Below the pieces are notes generated by a model. It was not told where the DNA came from. It made no database searches and saw only the letters and a list, made by a program, of their open reading frames with translations. From Vicinamibacteria bacterium (GTDB taxonomy: Bacteria > Acidobacteriota > Vicinamibacteria > Vicinamibacterales > JAENWD01): a DNA stretch of 64,000 nt. Position numbers and translations under genes: made by a program. This document shows positions 61,429-64,000 of this stretch, piece by piece. Position 1 is the stretch's first letter, and the number at the start of each line of letters is the position of its first letter. The stretch covers positions 431,403-495,402 of the forward strand of contig CAVRDA010000021.1 of NCBI GenBank assembly GCA_963719755.1. The letters run 5' to 3'.

Positions 61429-62646
61429 ATGACCTGCGCACCCGTGGCAAGAGCCGAAGAGTCGATCAGGCCGGTCCGCGCGGCGGACCGCGCGCTGGCG
61501 CCCGACCTGGCGCGCGGCGCGATGCTGCTGTTCATCGCGCTCGCGAACGCGGCCGGCGTCGTGTTCGGCGGGCAGCCGGGATTCGAGCCGGCGCCGGAGG
61601 GCATCGAGCGCGGCCTCAACCTGGCCATGTTCGCCTTTGTACATAGCCGGGCGTATCCGGTCTTCGCAATCATGTTCGGCTACGGCCTGGCGCAACTGGC
61701 TGCGCGTCAGCGCGACGCGGGGGCATCGGTCCACCAGGTGCGCGGCCTGTTGCTGCGGAGGAACGCGTGGCTCGCCGCTCTCGGCGTGCTCCACGGCACG
61801 CTGTTGTACTTCGGCGACTTCCTCGGCGCTTATGGCCTGGTCGGCATGGCTGCCGCCATCCTCCTCGTCAATCGCAGCGCGCGCGTGCTGCGTGCGGCGC
61901 TCTGGATCTGGGGCGCGTCGCTCGTTCAGCTGCTCGTGCTGACCGTGGTGGCAATCGCCGGCCTGCTGACGAGCGCCGGACCACCGGCCGCGGTGCCGTT
62001 CGAGCCGGTGGCTTCGCTGACCGCCACCAGCTTCGCCTCGTCTGTCGTTCTGCGGCTTCACGAGTGGCCCCGACACACGCTTACGGTGCTGCCGTTCATC
62101 ATGATCGTGTGGCTCGGCATCTGGGCCGCCAGCCAGCGCATCCTCGAAACGCCGGCGGCGCATCGCCGAATGCTGGCCCTGATCGCGACTGGCGGGCTCG
62201 GCATTGCAGTGGCGGGCGGCGTGCCGCTCGGGCTCGTCAGCGCCGGGTGGCTGGCGGTTGACGCGGAAGCGGTCGGGCGTCTGTTCTACCTGCACCAGGT
62301 GAGCGGGATGTTCGCCGGAGCGGGTTACGCGGCGATTGTCGGTCTCGTCGCGTCATATGTCCGTGAACCTCGCCGGCCGGCGACAGGGGTCATCGGTGCG
62401 GTCGCCGCGCTGGGCCAGCGCTCGTTGTCAGCGTACCTGCTGCAGTCGGTGGTCTGGGTCGTGTGCCTGTCGCCGTTTACGCTCGCGCTGGGGCAACGCG
62501 GTCCGAGCCCGCTCTCGATGGCGTTGCTCGTCGCGACGCTGACGTGGCTGGGGTCGCTCGCACTCGCGGCTGCCCTTCGCGATCGAGGAAAGACAGGGCC
62601 AGCGGAGGCGTGGCTGCGCCGGCGCACCTACGGCGCAGCGCGATAA
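61429..62646 (+). CDS. DUF418 (YeiB-like) membrane protein
   Basis: Intact: ...ALAPDLARGAMLLFIALANA... with multiple TM segments, ending ...GPAEAWLRRRTYG. Confidence 0.7.
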   Translation: MTCAPVARAEESIRPVRAADRALAPDLARGAMLLFIALANAAGVVFGGQPGFEPAPEGIERGLNLAMFAFVHSRAYPVFAIMFGYGLAQLAARQRDAGASVHQVRGLLLRRNAWLAALGVLHGTLLYFGDFLGAYGLVGMAAAILLVNRSARVLRAALWIWGASLVQLLVLTVVAIAGLLTSAGPPAAVPFEPVASLTATSFASSVVLRLHEWPRHTLTVLPFIMIVWLGIWAASQRILETPAAHRRMLALIATGGLGIAVAGGVPLGLVSAGWLAVDAEAVGRLFYLHQVSGMFAGAGYAAIVGLVASYVREPRRPATGVIGAVAALGQRSLSAYLLQSVVWVVCLSPFTLALGQRGPSPLSMALLVATLTWLGSLALAAALRDRGKTGPAEAWLRRRTYGAAR

Positions 62647-62655
62647 GCTGTCGGG

Positions 62656-63003
62656 ATGAAGCTCAATCACCTCAACCTCACGGTCACCGACCCGATGGCG
62701 GCGCGCGAGTTTCTCGAACGCTACTTCGGCCTGTGCGCCAAGGACGGCGGCAACCGCGGATTCCAGGTGCTGACCGACGACAACGGCATGATCCTGACGC
62801 TGATCAAGGGCCGTGCGGAGCACGTGAAATACCCGTCGACGTTCCACGTCGGGTTCATCCAGGAGTCCGAGCAGCGCGTCGACGACATCAACCGGCAACT
62901 GCGGCAGGACGGGTTCGAGGTGGATGCGCCGGCGCGGCTGCACGGCGCGTGGACGTTCTACTTCACGGCGCCGGGCGGATACACCGTCGAAGTGCTCGCC
63001 TGA
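62656..63003 (+). CDS. VOC/glyoxalase family protein
   Basis: Intact 115-aa ORF with MKLNHLNLTVTDPMAAREFLERYFG...HVGF... Confidence 0.75.
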   Translation: MKLNHLNLTVTDPMAAREFLERYFGLCAKDGGNRGFQVLTDDNGMILTLIKGRAEHVKYPSTFHVGFIQESEQRVDDINRQLRQDGFEVDAPARLHGAWTFYFTAPGGYTVEVLA

Positions 63004-63040
63004 TCTTGCAGCTTCCGCAACGCGGGGCGGCGAGTCCGGC

Positions 63041-63046
63041 TATATT
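63041..63046 (+). promoter_or_regulatory. -10-like TATATT, 6 nt upstream of ATG 63053
   Basis: The sequence reads ccggcTATATTcaccggATGaac. Confidence 0.35.
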
Positions 63047-63052
63047 CACCGG

Positions 63053-64000
63053 ATGAACATCGGTCGCTTCGCCGCAGGCCTCTCGGCCGGCTTCGCGATC
63101 GGCCTCGCGGTGCTGCACTCGCAGGGCGCGCCGGGGCAGAAGCCGGACTACCCGATTCAACCCGTGCCCTTCACCGACGTCCACCTGACGGACGTCTTCT
63201 GGGCGCCACGCATCGAGATCAACCGGACCGCGAGCATCCCCTCCGCCTTCGAGCAATGCGAGCTCACCGGACGCGTGAAGCTGTTCGAGCGCGCGGCGAC
63301 GGTGCTTCGTGGCGGCACGCTCGAAGACACGCGGCCGCCGGGCTATCCGTTCGACGACACGGATCTCTACAAGGTGATCGAGGGCGCGTCCTATTCGCTC
63401 AGCGTCGTCCCCGACCCGAAACTCGACGCGTATCTCGACAGCCTCATCGCGAAGATCGCCGCGGCGCAGGAGCCAGACGGCTACATCTACACGACGCGGA
63501 CGATCAACCCGAAGAAGCCGCATGAATGGGCTGGCGCCAGCCGGTGGGTCCTCGAACGCGACGACAGTCACGAACTCTATGACGTCGGCCACCTGATCGA
63601 GGCCGCTGTCGCGCATCACCTGGCGACGGGCAAGCGCACGCTCCTCGAGGTCGCCATCAGGGCCGCCGACCTGCTGGTCGCGACCTTCGGCCCCGGCAAG
63701 CGGACGACGTGGCCGGGCCATCAGATCACGGAGATGGCGCTGGTGAAGCTGTATCGCGTCACCGGCAGGGAGCCCTATCTCGATCTCGCGAAGTTCTTCC
63801 TCGACGAGCGCGGCCCCGGACCGCTGCCCGCAGGCGAGCGCGCGAACCCGCGCGGCCTCGCCTACAACCAGGCGCACCTGAAGGTCATCGAGCAGAGCGA
63901 GCCGGTGGGCCACGCGGTGCGCGCGGTCTACATGTACTCCGGCATGGCCGACGTCGCCGCGGTCACCGGCGACGAGGCGCTCCGCGCCGCCGGCCGCCGC
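63053..64000 (+). CDS. glycoside hydrolase family 127 (DUF1680, beta-L-arabinofuranosidase-like), 5-prime part; continues past the window end
   Basis: Open frame from ATG 63053 to the window edge (316 codons, my translation): MNIGRFAAGLSAGFAIGLAVL..., HELYDVGHLIEAAVAHHLATG, GHQITEMALVKLYRVTG. Confidence 0.75.
   Translation, partial: MNIGRFAAGLSAGFAIGLAVLHSQGAPGQKPDYPIQPVPFTDVHLTDVFWAPRIEINRTASIPSAFEQCELTGRVKLFERAATVLRGGTLEDTRPPGYPFDDTDLYKVIEGASYSLSVVPDPKLDAYLDSLIAKIAAAQEPDGYIYTTRTINPKKPHEWAGASRWVLERDDSHELYDVGHLIEAAVAHHLATGKRTLLEVAIRAADLLVATFGPGKRTTWPGHQITEMALVKLYRVTGREPYLDLAKFFLDERGPGPLPAGERANPRGLAYNQAHLKVIEQSEPVGHAVRAVYMYSGMADVAAVTGDEALRAAGRR

Overview
This is a visibly GC-rich 64-kb chromosomal segment (GC not computed). 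The gene content points to an Acidobacteriota-like soil bacterium: three ADOP-type duplicated MacB/FtsX permeases, acidobacterial-type PadR regulators, a VWFA-related acidobacterial-domain protein, and CadC-like winged-helix regulators fused to TolB-like propellers. I can support about 57 protein-coding genes. They include housekeeping and metabolic genes (ATP-dependent DNA ligase, GAF-fused glucan phosphorylase, FabF, DAHP synthase, an EfpL/YeiP-type EF-P paralogue, a cold-shock protein), DNA-alkylation repair genes (Ogt-AlkA fusion, AlkD-like, YcaQ-like), many secreted or envelope proteins, and TetR/PadR/CadC regulators. I found no rRNA, tRNA, CRISPR array, transposase, integrase, phage gene or recognisable defence gene. 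Two window-wide signals stand out. (1) Intergenic DNA is dominated by long imperfect palindromes whose arms are ladders of degenerate 7-nt (sometimes 9-10-nt) tandem units. These come in four recurring dialects: GTGCTGA/..GCAC, GGGTTGTA/TACAACCC, GCCTTCA/TGAAGGC and ATCTGCG/CGCAGAT. This is the most novel-looking signal, and I cannot assign it to any named element class. (2) Roughly 50 single-nucleotide frame disruptions break about half of the genes, including a cold-shock gene and fabF. Assembly indel errors explain this better than biology does. One CadC/TolB paralogue is broken far more often than its neighbours and may be a real pseudogene. In addition, at least seven genes carry a -10-like hexamer 6-7 nt upstream of the start codon (two of them within a recurrent TCTAGAAT octamer), which suggests leaderless mRNAs. 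All calls come from reading the sequence and ORF track by eye. No folding, HMM or BLAST was run.
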